Of a DNA stretch of 64,000 bases, positions 12,492-34,493 are shown piece after piece (position 1 is the first letter of the stretch; the number at the start of each line of letters is the position of its first letter). The stretch spans positions 47,303-111,302 of the forward strand of contig NIVC01001133.1 in NCBI GenBank assembly GCA_002269645.1, in the 5' to 3' direction. The notes beneath the pieces are model-generated. The model was given only the letters and a program-made list of their open reading frames with translations. It was not told the DNA's origin and did no database searches. A program made the position numbers and the translations under genes. This DNA is from Macrostomum lignano (Eukaryota).

Positions 12492-15400
12492 TCATTTTCT
12501 CCTCCTAGCCTTGGCCTTGCGAATTCCTCCGCTGCCACCAGACTTGGAGCTTGATGCGGGCGCTCGGACCAGATTCTTGTACTTGCCAAGACGGGCCAAC
12601 TTGCCAGCAACATTTTTACGGTTCAACAGCCGCCTATCCAACGACAGGTAAGAATAGGGGTCAAGACCGTCCGACTGCGTCTTCTTCTTTTTAATTTTAG
12701 TAGCGCCAGAAGAAGATTTTGCTTGCTTCCGCAATTGCTGCGACTTGTTCGGCTTGCCTCCAGCTGGCTGTTTAGTCATGTCCCGATGAATGCCCCGCCC
12801 GCCCGGCCGGTACTTTGGCTTGGACGCTGAATCGTCTTCATCATCGGATGAGGAGGACACGCCGCCGGAGATGCTGTCTTCGTCATCATTGACAGCGGCA
12901 GTGCCGACCTGCTGTTTCATCTTTCGACTCTGTTTAGCCTTCTCACTGATATCCGCATCATCCGAGTCGCTCTCCTCTATGATCAAACGTCCATCAGACG
13001 ACAATTTGAAATCGTCGCCCAGACGTCGCCGCTTGCTAGCAGCGTCAGCGGCGTCGGCGGATAGCGGCGGTCGGCTCCGATGGATCCTGGCGGCGGCTAG
13101 GGAGTCGCGCAAGTCCAGAATCTCGTCGTCGGCCTCCTCCAACCAGGCGGAATCTGCCGAGCGCTTGCTTCGAGACTTGTTGCCGCTTTTGGCGCTCTTG
13201 CTTCTTCTGCCGTCGCCGTCCTCCGAAGCGGAACTGTCAGACGACATGTTCAACAAGTCGTCGATGCCGCGTACAACTCGAGTAGCTTCGGAGCGTCCAC
13301 CGATGCTGCTGGAGTCTTCGCGGCCAGCGGCTGTTTGTGAGTCTTCGCCGCGTTTGCCGCGCTGCTTCAGGCGCTCCTTGTGCTCGGTTCGTTTGCGCAC
13401 ATTGGTCAGCTGTTTGTGATAGAAGGCCGGCAGGCCGGCGCGAAGCGTTTCGTAGGGAAACCCGGCGAGCAGGTCGGTGAGGATGCGGCGGACGGTGGCT
13501 CTGGAATTAGGTCAGGGAGCAAGCAGCTCAACAGTGAGCGTGTGTACGAATGTTTGCCTGCGTACAGTGTTGGGCTACTTGTATGTGCTCAGGGGTCAAG
13601 CGGAATGAGCAGAATTTTTGGGGTCTGTGTGCACCCTGGGGCACTCCACTGACTCCCCGGAGCAGGCACACAAGCGCGCGGATACGTACGCAGGCACACA
13701 CTCACACAGGAGTGTGCAGCGGCCCTAACTCTATTTATCGTTAGGCATGTACACTTCACTGTGCCTTGGGGGGTTGGCCATCAAGGCCGTTCATTGCACG
13801 AGCAGAGCCGAGCCGAGATTCTAATTTAGCCCCCAAATTAATGTGACTAATTGTAGTCAGAGCGTCGGGCTCATAACTGAAAAGTCGGGAGTTCGATTCT
13901 CGATCCCACTGGAACAATTTGTGTCCTAGAGCAAGACACTTAACTCTGCATTGCTTCAGTTCACCCAGCTGTAAAATGGGTGCCAGCATTAGCTGGGCTA
14001 ATTGAGGGTGTGTGTGGCGACCCCCCCCCCTCAGTCCTTGGACTGAACAGCCGTACGCAGCCTTCAGATGCGCCGCGCAATAGCTGCGGCTGAGCTGTCG
14101 GTTGCACATCTGACCCGATTGGGGCAGGTGCAATCAATTATTATATTATTACTATCATTGTTACTACACTTAAAGTCGTTTCTGGGCCGCTGGGACATCA
14201 GAGCACCGCACTAGGCCACTAGACTACGCCCCCATTGCGATTCGGTGTAGATCTGATATAAAAAATAAGAGCACAAGGACAAACCTGAAAGCCGGTCGGA
14301 GGCTCACTGGCAAAGCCTCCAAGCACTGCGCCACCTGCTCCAGGGTGTAAGCATGACCAAATCTACGAACCACCGACGCTAAACAACGCAGCGCCGCTTT
14401 CACCAGCGTTCTCGGACTGTCCGAAGCGGACATGGTGTCCGACAGGCGTTGCAACAAAGACGCTAACAAAGACCGATTCATACAGTGACGCAGATGACTC
14501 AGCAGGCCTGTCACCGAGTACAGAGCAGCCTGCAGTGTGGCAGGCTCGTTGCCAGCCGCGGCAAACACCGCAGCCAGAAATCCGATAGCAGCATTGCCAC
14601 CAGCATCATCGTCTTCATCAACATCTGTTCGCACCTGTTGAGCATAGAATCGGAACACCTCCAACAGGAGACTGTCAGCGGCTTCTCTAGCCTGACTGTT
14701 CTGCTCTGTGCTACCCAGTACAGCCTCTGGCAGGGCCAGCTCTGCCAACTGGCGCCTCTGCTCGTCAGTCTCCAACCAGCTGGTTCCATTGGACACGCAC
14801 AGAGCCAGACAGCGTAGCCGGGACTTGCGACTACTTGGCAAGGCTTGGCCTCCAGACGAGGCCAGATCTAATAGCAGCTTGGCTAGACGATGAATATTGG
14901 CTATATTGGACTCGGATGAGATGCCTGAGTTGCTGGGCAGCGACTGGAATGTGTTGGTTGGGACAATACATAATGTAAATTTATGGTATTGACATACTGC
15001 CCATTAACTTATTGTAATTTTACCAAATATCTGACTCAATAGCTGACCTAATATCTGACTCAATATCTGACCCAATATCTGACTCAATATCTGACCCAAT
15101 ATCTGACTCAATATCTGACCCAATATCTGACTCAATATCTGACCCAATATCTGACTCAATATCTGACCCAATATCTGACTCAATATCTGACTCAATATCT
15201 GACCCAATATCTGACTCAATATCTGACTCAATATCTGACTCAATATCTGACCCAATATCTGACTCAATAGCTGACTTAATATCTGACTCAATAGCTGACC
15301 CAATATCTGACTTAATATCTGACTCAATATCTGACTCAATATCTGACTCAATAGCTGACCCAATATCTGACTCAATATCTGACCCAATATCTGACTCAAT

Positions 15401-18400
15401 AGCTGACCCAATATCTGACTCAATATCTGACCCAATATCTGACTCAATAGCTGACCCAATATCTGACTCAATAGCTGACCCAATATCTGACTCAATAGCT
15501 GACCCAATATCTGACTCAATATCTGACCCAATATCTGACTCAATAGCTGACCCAATATCTGACTCAATAGCTGACCCAATATCTGGTCAATATCAACAAT
15601 TGACCCAGCAATCACCTCATCCCTGCTTTTCCTAGCCGCAGTTAACAAGGCTTCAGCCAGTCTGTAGCCTTTCTTCTCCAAAGCAGCAGATACTTGCTCA
15701 ACATCGCTGTCAGACTGATGGACACTGCACCATTGGTTACACAGGTCCACAGCAGGTCTGATGTCAGTCAGGCTAGGCGCCAAAGCAATAACCAAATCTG
15801 CAGCATCTCTACAAGCGGCTTCATCGCTACTAGTATCCTTCATCTTGTAGCCAGCCTCTTTAACTTTAGCAGCGGCTTTAGCAAACCAGCTGGATAAAAG
15901 ATTAGATGGTGAGATTTTAGCATAGACTCGAATAGTCTCCAGAGCTGCTAAACGATGCGATCTTGTAGCTGAACTGTCCGAGTGCAAGGCAAACAGTCTC
16001 GGCACGTAGTTCTTAGCGTAGCCAGACATCAGACTGTACAGAGCAGAATTGTCAGCGGCGGCAGCTGACAGGCGTCTCAAAGCAGCCAACAGATGCAAGC
16101 GAATATCCGATCTGGACATGAGCAGCTCGCCAAGCTGCCTGGCCAACCCGGGCAGAGCTTCGGCAGCATCGGTTGGACCGTAGCAGAACGCCGGCAGAGA
16201 CTGCCAGACCTGCAGTTCCAGTAGCCGTGCAGTCGGAGATCCCGAAGCAGCAGCCTGTTGGCAGCGCTTAGCCAGCGGCAGGAGATGACGCGAGAAGGCC
16301 GCCAGCTGGGCGCCTTGCCGAATATGTCGGGGCAGCATCGGCAGCAGCCAAGATCGACGCCAGGTGTCGGACGGAGCGGCCGGATCCAAGCTGTCCAACG
16401 ACACGGCGGCAAGGAAATCAGTCGGACCCAGAGTCTCCAGCGCAGCCGCCAGTGCCGACTCCAAGCAGGTGCACAGATCGGCGTCTTTATCGTCAGCCGT
16501 GTCGCGCAGGTTAGCTAAACTGGTCAGACTGGCAGTCAGATCCGATTGGCCTCGACAATCGTCACCATGACAACGAATAAATGCGGACAATAGCCGACCA
16601 ATATGCGGCCAAGACGGATAATACTGATAGGATGATAGTCCGCTGGTTAGAGTGGCCAAGACGGCAGAACGAATGCTAGCAAGAGCGGCAGGACGTCGGA
16701 TTCGAGGGGCCAGCTCGATCAGCACGTGATGACAGGCATCACGACAAGCCCGTCGGGCAGCCTCGGCGAGACCCGACTGGCCAAGGCCGCGAAACGACAC
16801 GGTGAACAGTTTGATGAGATGGGATTCGAATATCTGGCACTGTTCAGAGTCTGGTTGCTGCTTTTCTTCAGCATCTTCATCAGCTTCAACAGGTGCCAAA
16901 GCGCCTAAGCCGGCCTTGGCGGTGTCCAACCAGATTCGAGTGCTCTCGGCATCCTCCCAAGGCGGTCGGGCGTCGTACAAAGCGCTGACAATCTGGCCGA
17001 TCAGCTGGACAGGCAGCCGACTGTCCAGTCGACGACGCCAGAACAGCGACCGGATGGCGAGCATGGCTTCGGCGAAGGTTCTGGCATCGGCGGTGGGAGC
17101 TAAGGCGAGAACTGCTTCGACTGTTGACTTGGCCTGGCGCTCTGTCTGGTGACTGGCGGCCACTCGAAGGAGGCGAAGCGAGAAAGCCGCGGAGCTGGCG
17201 GAGTTGAGCCGATCCAAAGCGAATGCGGTTACCAAGGCAACGGGGACGGAGGCTTCGGTAGAGGCGAGAGTTTCGGTCACGGCTTGCATGGCTGCTTTGC
17301 GAATGCGCGGTCGATCGGACTGGGTGAACTGCAGGACCTGCGTGGGAGTTGTTGTAGTACTAGTAGAAGTAGTAGTGTAAGTAGTAGTAGTATTAGTAGT
17401 AGTAGTAGTAGTAGTGGTAGTAGTAGTAGTAACATAGTAGTAGTATAATAGTAGTAGTAAAACCCCAGATAGTTTGTACAGAAAATAGCACTACTAATAG
17501 TAGTTTAAAATAGCTACTCACCGCCTGCAGCACCTGTCGGGTGGCCGCCGCGTGCCAGGCAGTCTTGGGCAGGGCGGCCAGAGCGCTGCCAAGGCACAGC
17601 AGCAAACTGCGAGGCAGTCCCGCGCCCGATGAAGCAGCAGACTGATCAGCGGTGTCGGATGCTGCGGTCTCAGGCGAGTGCAGCAGCTGCAAGCAGGCCT
17701 GCGTGAGCGGAGCGAATGCCGGCGCCAGAGTGGCCGGATCCATCCGCTTGGTGAGCACGCTGAGTAAGTGAGCTGCGGCCGGACGAATGTCCGAATCAAC
17801 GGACACTAGAGCAGTCAGTAGTGCCTGGGTGTAAGGCAGATATAACATTTTATAGTTGGCTTGTTTATGCATTACATCTTTTTCGATACATATCGGTAAC
17901 AACTATTTCGGCATTAGATTGTACTTTCGATACATATCGGCACCAGCAAGTTTAGGCAATTATATTGTGTTTTCGATACATATCGGCACCAGCTAGTTTA
18001 GGCAATCAAACTGTGTTTTCGATACATATCGGCACCAGCTAGTCTAGGCAATTAGATTGTGTTTTCGATACATACCGGTAGATTATATTTTCGATACATA
18101 TCAGTACCCGCTACTTTAAAAAAATTATTTTGTGTTTTCGATACATATCGGTTCTAGCTGAAGTAAATCAGAGCAAATGCGCACCTGAAAGTATTCTTCG
18201 TTGGTCTCCCGACCTCCTCTGTCACGAATCAGTTGAGCCACTGCCGCCAACACCGCCAGCGCGCTACGCCTGGCCTCGGAATTCTGTCGATCAGCCCAGT
18301 GCGTGAGCACCTTCTCAAAGCACTGATTAGTGCAACCAGTGAAATTCGTTGCCCAAGTCTCCACCGATTCAACCGACGACTCATCATCGTCATTATCGAT

Positions 18401-18640
18401 CGGTTCTTCTTGTATTTGATCTTTACCGTCTATTAGCTTATTATGCCGCTCCAAGGCCGCCTTTGTAATGCCGCCGCCCTGTGTGGGCAGGTCTGGGGCG
18501 AACTGTACAACTCGAGCTCGGTTTACAGCGCTAGCAGCCTCGCGAAATCTTTGACACCTGGGATTTGACGAACTGCTCTGGCCCTTCTTCCAGCGAACTC
18601 CGGTGCGTAGAGTTTTACGCGCGCTGCGCGACACTTTCAT
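12492..18640 (-). CDS. RRP12: RRP12-like ribosome biogenesis / 40S export HEAT-repeat protein
   Basis: Exons 18640-18185, 17824-17522, 17337-15616, 14943-14285, 13500-12492 give 1382 aa in frame. Motifs: N-terminal [38 protein letters not shown]-terminal [10 protein letters not shown] and LDPYSYLSL. Confidence 0.93.
13650..13830. repeat. Unclassified dispersed repeat (family A), reference copy
   Basis: Nearly identical to 31871-32074 (GACTCCCC.GAGCAGGCACACAAGCGCGCGGATACG...AGCCGAGATTC). Confidence 0.85.
13855..14152 (+). mobile_element. tRNA-derived SINE with CORE-like central domain, copy 2 (5' end eroded)
   Basis: B box GGAGTTCGATTC; central GTGTCCTAGAGCAAGACACTTAAC...CTGTAAAATGGG at 13921-13980; ATT-rich tail. 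Confidence 0.88.
15030..15590. repeat. Minisatellite, 12-bp unit AATA(T/G)CTGAC(C/T)C, RRP12 intron 3
   Basis: About 46 copies; source of the ILGQLLSQ repeat in ORF 15004..17289. Confidence 0.97.
17355..17458. repeat. (TAG)n microsatellite, RRP12 intron 2
   Basis: Imperfect agt/tag trinucleotide run. Confidence 0.9.
17878..18150. repeat. Minisatellite, ~46-bp unit with core TTTCGATACATATCGG, RRP12 intron 1
   Basis: The core recurs at 46-bp spacing (17974, 18020); about 6 diverged copies. Confidence 0.9.
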
Positions 18641-19000
18641 TGCAGGCAATTAAAAATCACTTCTATTTGATATTTTAGTGAAGCTCAGCTACTTGTAGTA
18701 GAAATAATTGCGTTTTAGCATGAAAAAATACATAGTTGGGAAAATTTATTAGGTCGTAAAATCCGATAAGATCTCTAAAGAAAATCTGCATAAATACGAA
18801 GGATGCCCTGTGCCCGGTGGTTGGCCCCCATGGGTTGTGAAGACTCGAGAACAAGAGAGACTATTGACACCTTCTAGTCTCTATAGCTAACACACAGACT
18901 AAGCTGACTTAACTTAAAAAAACTGGCACAAAAATGCAAAAAACACTGCAGTCACTTTGTTATATATTGCTCCTAAATATGTATATATATGTAACATATG

Positions 19001-19039
<39 letters not shown>

Positions 19040-20430
19040 TTTTTGAATTACGCAATTACTATTAATAATTAATAAAACAATAACTTTGGGATTTTGTCCG
19101 CAAACACGAGTCCCAGCAATAGAAATATATTGATACGCCAAGTTATTCAGACATTCATTCATTACTGGGTAATAATATGATTATTTGCTATCAGTACGAG
19201 TGTATTAATACACAGTAAAAACTTGGCAAAAATGGAGTCGAACGTTTCTATATAAAAAAATTATTAAGCAAGCAAACAAATTTAAAACTAAACGCGATTT
19301 AAAATCCTACGTAAGGCCTGTTAGGGTTTTCAACTTTTAAGCAGATCCGATGCTGTTATATCACAGGTGCAGGCGGCAGACTGTTGGGACTTAAAATTGC
19401 TGTATTCGATAAAACAAAAAGACACATTATTTTTGAAAAAAAAAACGAAATTTCCACTGTAGTCTGTTAAAGCTGCTGCATAATTAATTAGTTGAATCAA
19501 AATTATTAATAATAATAATTATGATATTTGCTACAAACAGAAATACGAAACGTTTAAAACATCGTAGTTGCAATGGAAGTTAAGAAGTCAAATTTTAATT
19601 ATTTGAATAACATAAACAGGTGAATAGAAATTAATATAATGTTATAAATAATATCTATACTGGAAGAAGTTGGGCTGCAAAGCATCGTTAACGCTCTCTA
19701 CTAAGCTAAATCAATACGATAAAAGGCATTCATATTGATTACAGTTGACACAATTAGAACTAAGTATCCATAGGAATGCATTATTTTATCATATAGATTA
19801 TTAATAAACCGTTGTTAGTAATATTGTACGCATTCATTACGGCAATACATAGAAAAGTGAAAATAAAAAAATAGATTATAATATTTTCTCGACACTTCAA
19901 GCAAGATAAAACAGGTGATAAAAACAAAAAAAATCGAAAGTTTTAACAAACTTGATTCTCTTTTTCTAAGAATATACGATTTTATTAAATTAATTAGTGA
20001 AAATTAAAGTGAAACTGAGTCTAAATATCATATTTATTTATGCAAGATTAGCACAAGCGGCACTAAAGTTCCTACCGTAAAACCGATAAAAAGATACAGG
20101 TTATTTGTTAAAGCAAAGCATTAAATAATAATAATAATAGCTATGAATGGCACAGCCCTGTACAGACAGAAGCAAATGTACGCTCCACAGTTTCTGGAAA
20201 TATTGTATTTGGCAAGTAAATTTCAAACTTGTTTTACTGCCAATTATCATCTAAACATTCATAAGGCCTGGAAAAATCATTTATTAGGCACTTAGGCACT
20301 AAAATATTACATTTTTTGATCGATTTTAACCCGCATCAAATGTTTAAAGCAAACACATATTATATACTTATTTATACTTTGGTTGACGTCTGCATAATTA
20401 CTTTGTGCTGCACTAATTAGAGTAGCGAGT

Positions 20431-30181
<9,751 letters not shown>

Positions 30182-30390
30182 TGCTGCTGCGTGACCTCTA
30201 AGTAAGAAAATCTGACTAATCTATAGCAGGCCAATACTTGGTTGCCCGAATTGGGTTTGAAAATTTCTGAAATGTTTATAACGCAGATTTCCTGTTAACA
30301 ATGGTTATTACTTCTTGTTGTACAGTTGGTTCGTTGTATTGATTAACTGAGTAAAATACCTCTCGAAAAGAATTAAATTACTTTAACGGC

Positions 30391-30671
30391 TAATAGTAAT
30401 TGATTGCACCTGCCCTAATGAGCAGATGTGCAACCGACAGCTCAGCCGCAGCTATTGCGCGGCGCATCTGAAGGCTGCGTACGGCTGTTCAGTCCAAGGA
30501 CTGGGGGGGGGGGGTCGCCACACACACCCTCAATTACCCCAGCTAATGCTGGCACCCATTTTACAGCTGGGTGAACGGAAGCAATGCAGAGTTAAGTGTC
30601 TTGGTCAAGGACACAAATTGTTCCAATGGAAGCGGGAATCGAACCCCAGACCACAACTAGGCTACAGCCCC
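30391..30671 (-). mobile_element. tRNA-derived SINE copy 3 (deletion in the tRNA head)
   Basis: Head GGGGCTGTAGCCTAGTTG joins directly to GGTCTGGGGTTCGATTCCC; the body matches the other copies. Confidence 0.88.
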
Positions 30672-31870
30672 ATTTAAACCGTCGCAATATAATATTTAAA
30701 TAGTTTTGATTCAAAAACTCCTTAAATTATTGCCACAAAGTCTTAATAAAAAACGCGTCTATATTTATACACAAAAACTTGACATACTGATCGTTCCTAA
30801 TTGTACATAAGAAACACCTAAACAATAACTATATGTAAGCTAAAAATAAATAAAGAAAAGAAATAGTTAAGTAAAATAAAACAGAATTGTTTATAATGTG
30901 AATTGACAGCATTTATTTATGTAATAAAATTATTTTATTATTTGAAAGGGCATTATACACTGGAGTAACGATATACAGGCCGGAATACACTACTGGATGA
31001 AATTCAGGTTTAAAAAAACATAACTTTTTATTCAAAAAGCAATTTAAAATGGGTTTAACAAAAACTGGGTTAAAATTGATTATTGAGTGAATGTATATGC
31101 AAATCTATATAACTATTGATAAACATTAAACGATTAATTTTTAATATATCATATCTCATGCCACGGTACCATGCTAAAAGTACACCAGATTTTGTACATA
31201 AAGCTTTTTGTGTCTTTCAATTTCTTATAGTAATCCAAATAATAGAAAATTGTAAAAAATTTTTGACAAAAAACGTTTTTTTTCAAAAGAACACCATTTA
31301 TGCAGTTAATAATTATTGAAAATTAACAAGCGCTGGTTCTGAATTACAATAACAATCCTATACTTATATATAATATGTGTGTATAATTATTAACACACAC
31401 ACTTATACTGTACATCAATATGTACGTAACTAATTATTAAATTTAATATAACAAAAGGACACACAAAAGCAAAATTTTGATAATTAAATATTCAGTACAA
31501 TCATCACAAAAATTATATACCGGTATATATAAAATACTAGAATGATGCATGCAATAAACAATTTATAAACGTGTTTAATAACGTTAATAAATAGGCTTTT
31601 CTTGAACTATATACATGCAAATATTAGTCAATACTAATAATATTAACTAGGATAACTATAAACAATTGAGTTAGCATAAAATTGTTAAGCTTAATGTATA
31701 ATCAGCATTTGAAAAGCTTGAAAATCTATGAAATTGTATAATATATGTTTGATGGCTTGATTTAACTTTAATAGTACATTAGCAAGATGAGGAAGGCGTT
31801 TTCGCTGAACTTTCAGCAAGCTTATAAACCTTATTAATATTTATTATTTTCCAAATTTTAACTGCCATTG

Positions 31871-32074
31871 CCCATTCCGCCGACTCCCCTGAGCAGGCAC
31901 ACAAGCGCGCGGATACGTACGCAGTCATACGCACAGGCACACACTCACACAGGAGTGCACAGTGGCCCAAACTTTATTTATCGTTAGGCATGTACACTTC
32001 ACTGTGCCATGGGGGGTTGGCCCTCAAGGCCGTTAATTGCACGAGCAGAGCCAAGCCGAGATTCCAATTCAGCC
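31871..32074. repeat. Unclassified dispersed repeat (family A)
   Basis: High identity to 13650-13830. Confidence 0.85.
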
Positions 32075-32128
32075 ACAAATTTAGCCCTAACCATTATGGC
32101 AGCTGGACAACTGGGCTACGGACCCCCC

Positions 32129-32422
32129 AATTATTATAATTGATTACACCTGCCATAATGGCCAGATTCGCAACCGACAGCTCAGCCGCAGCTATTGCGC
32201 GGCGCATCTGAAGGCTGCGTACGGCTGTTCAGTCCAAGGTCGCCACACACCCTCAATTGCCCCAGCTAATGCTGGCACCCATTTTACAGCTGGGCGAACT
32301 GAAGCAATGTCGAGTTGAGTGTCTTGCTCAAGGACACAAATTGTTCCTAAGTGGAATCGGGAATCGAACCCCAGACCTTCAAGTCCTGAGCCCGACTCTA
32401 TAACCCACTAGGCTACAACCTC
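32129..32422 (-). mobile_element. tRNA-derived SINE copy 4
   Basis: Head GAGGTTGTAGCCTAGTGGGTTATAGAG...GGGGTTCGATTCCC, CORE-like centre and ATT tail. Confidence 0.88.
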
Positions 32423-32580
32423 ATTTTACCATTAACAATAGCTAATACATTCAACAAAAAGAAAAAACAGGTCTTCAAATACGAGATTAAAATTGTTAAA
32501 CGATCAATCAAAAGGATAGATCTTTACTCAAGAATAATACGCTCGTAATCCCAATGAATCGCTGATTCAACAGCAGATCC

Positions 32581-34453
32581 CTAAGACTGATGATGCGACG
32601 CCACTGGCCGTCTGGCGGAACCAACAGCATTGTAGGCCTGGCGAATCAGTGCATAGGGGAAGCACATCTCCAGCAGACTGGCAGTCAGGTAGGGGCACTG
32701 CTTCACTATCAGGTCCAAGATGATGAACACTGAGGGCAGATTCCTGCCAGTGAGCTCGTCCTGGCTAGCCCTGAGCAGTGAGCTGCTGCACAGAGCTAGA
32801 AATTCTTTCCAACGATCGCCCAATTCAACGCTCAGCTGCTGCGGAGTGCACAGAGTTAGCAGGGCTGGCAGGACTGAGTTCAAGGCTCCCGCAATGGTGT
32901 GGGTATTGTTGTAGTGCGCCTCAACATCGTGGCCATAGACTGTGTTGTCAAGGGCGGCCAGGCGGGGCAGAGACACGGACAGGAAGACCAGCATGTGGCA
33001 CACCAGCATGTACTCCTGCGGTGGGGTGGCAAGGGTCATGACCGGTTAGAATGCAGATTCAGAACAAGGTGAGATAGATATAATGGTGAGATAGAAAATA
33101 GAATAGCTGAGGTAGAAGATAGAAAAGGTGAGCATGAAGGTATAATTTGTGAGACTGGAGATATAATACTGGAGTGACAAGATATAATGGCTGAAAAAGG
33201 AGATAGAATGGATGAGATGGTAGATAGAATGGCTGAGATAGGAGATAAAATGGCTGAGATAAGAGATAGAATGGCTAAGATAGGAGATACAATGGCTAAG
33301 ATAGGAGATTGAATCGCTGAGATAGGAGATAGAAAGGCTTAGACAGGAGATAGAATGGATGAGATAGGAGATAAAAAGGCTGAGATAGAGATAGAATGGC
33401 TGAGATAGGAGATAGAATGGCTGAGATAGGAGGTAGAAAGGCTGAGATAGGAGATAGAAAGGCTGAGATAGGATATAGAAAGGCTGAGATAGGAGGTAGA
33501 AAGGCTGAGATAGGAGATAGAAAGGCTGAGATAAGAGATGGAAAGGCTGAGATAGGAGATAGAAAGGCTGAGATAGGAGGTAGAAAGGCTGAGATAGGAG
33601 ATAGAATTCACCTGCTCAGGTTTCCCTTTAAGCCGTTCCAGCGCCTGCAGCAGGCCCAGATCCACTGAGCTGTCCAGTCCCATTCCGCTGCGGAACAGTG
33701 CGGTGACTTCGCCCCGATCTCCGAGCAGATCTTCAGCAGTTTTGATGAGGAACGGAGACCGTTTCTGCATGACGGAGTTCAGGCCCTCCTGGCACAGGCG
33801 GCGGAAGCTCAGGTAGACGCCGGCGTTTTTAAAACGGCACAGAAATTCGACCGGTTGCTGCAGGCGACCGGATAGTTCGGACATCCGCGTTGGATCTTCG
33901 AAGCTGACACGGAGGGCTTGGAGAACCTTGGGGAAGGAATCGAGGATGTCAGGGGAGGCTTATTAAGAATCTTAGATTGCAGTAGCTTTGGATGGCACAG
34001 TGCAGTGATAGGCCAGCGGTAAAAGAAGCGATTAATCTGTTTTTTAATGTGCTTAGATTAATGATTGATGGATTGGTTTGTTGATTGATTGATTGGCTGA
34101 TTGATTGATTGATTGGTTTGTTGATTGATTTACTGATGTATTGATTGGTTGATTGATTGATTGGCTTATTGATTGATTAGCTGATTGATTGACTGATTGA
34201 TTAGTTTCTTGATTGATTGGCTGATTGATTGGCTTATTGATTGATTGGCTGATTGATTGGCTTATTGATTGATTGGCTGATTGATTGATTGGCTGATTGA
34301 TTGGTTTGTTGATTGATTGACTGATTGATTGGTTTGTTGATTGATTGGCTGATTGATTGGCTTATTGATTGATTGGCTGATTGATTGGTTTGTTGATTGA
34401 TTGGCTGATTGATTAGCTGATTGATTGATTGATTGGCTGATTGATTGATTGGC

Positions 34454-34493
<40 letters not shown>

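Noticed and set aside
12790-13419. Plus-strand ORFs overlapping exons (12790..13419, 4469..4924, 23364..23744, 48867..49349 and others)
   Set aside because: Antisense shadows of GC-rich coding exons with no recognisable domains.
32330-32422. tRNA gene look-alikes (also at 9100-9171 and 30620-30671)
   Set aside because: They are SINE heads: A/B boxes are present but there is no closing acceptor stem, and each continues into the shared SINE body.
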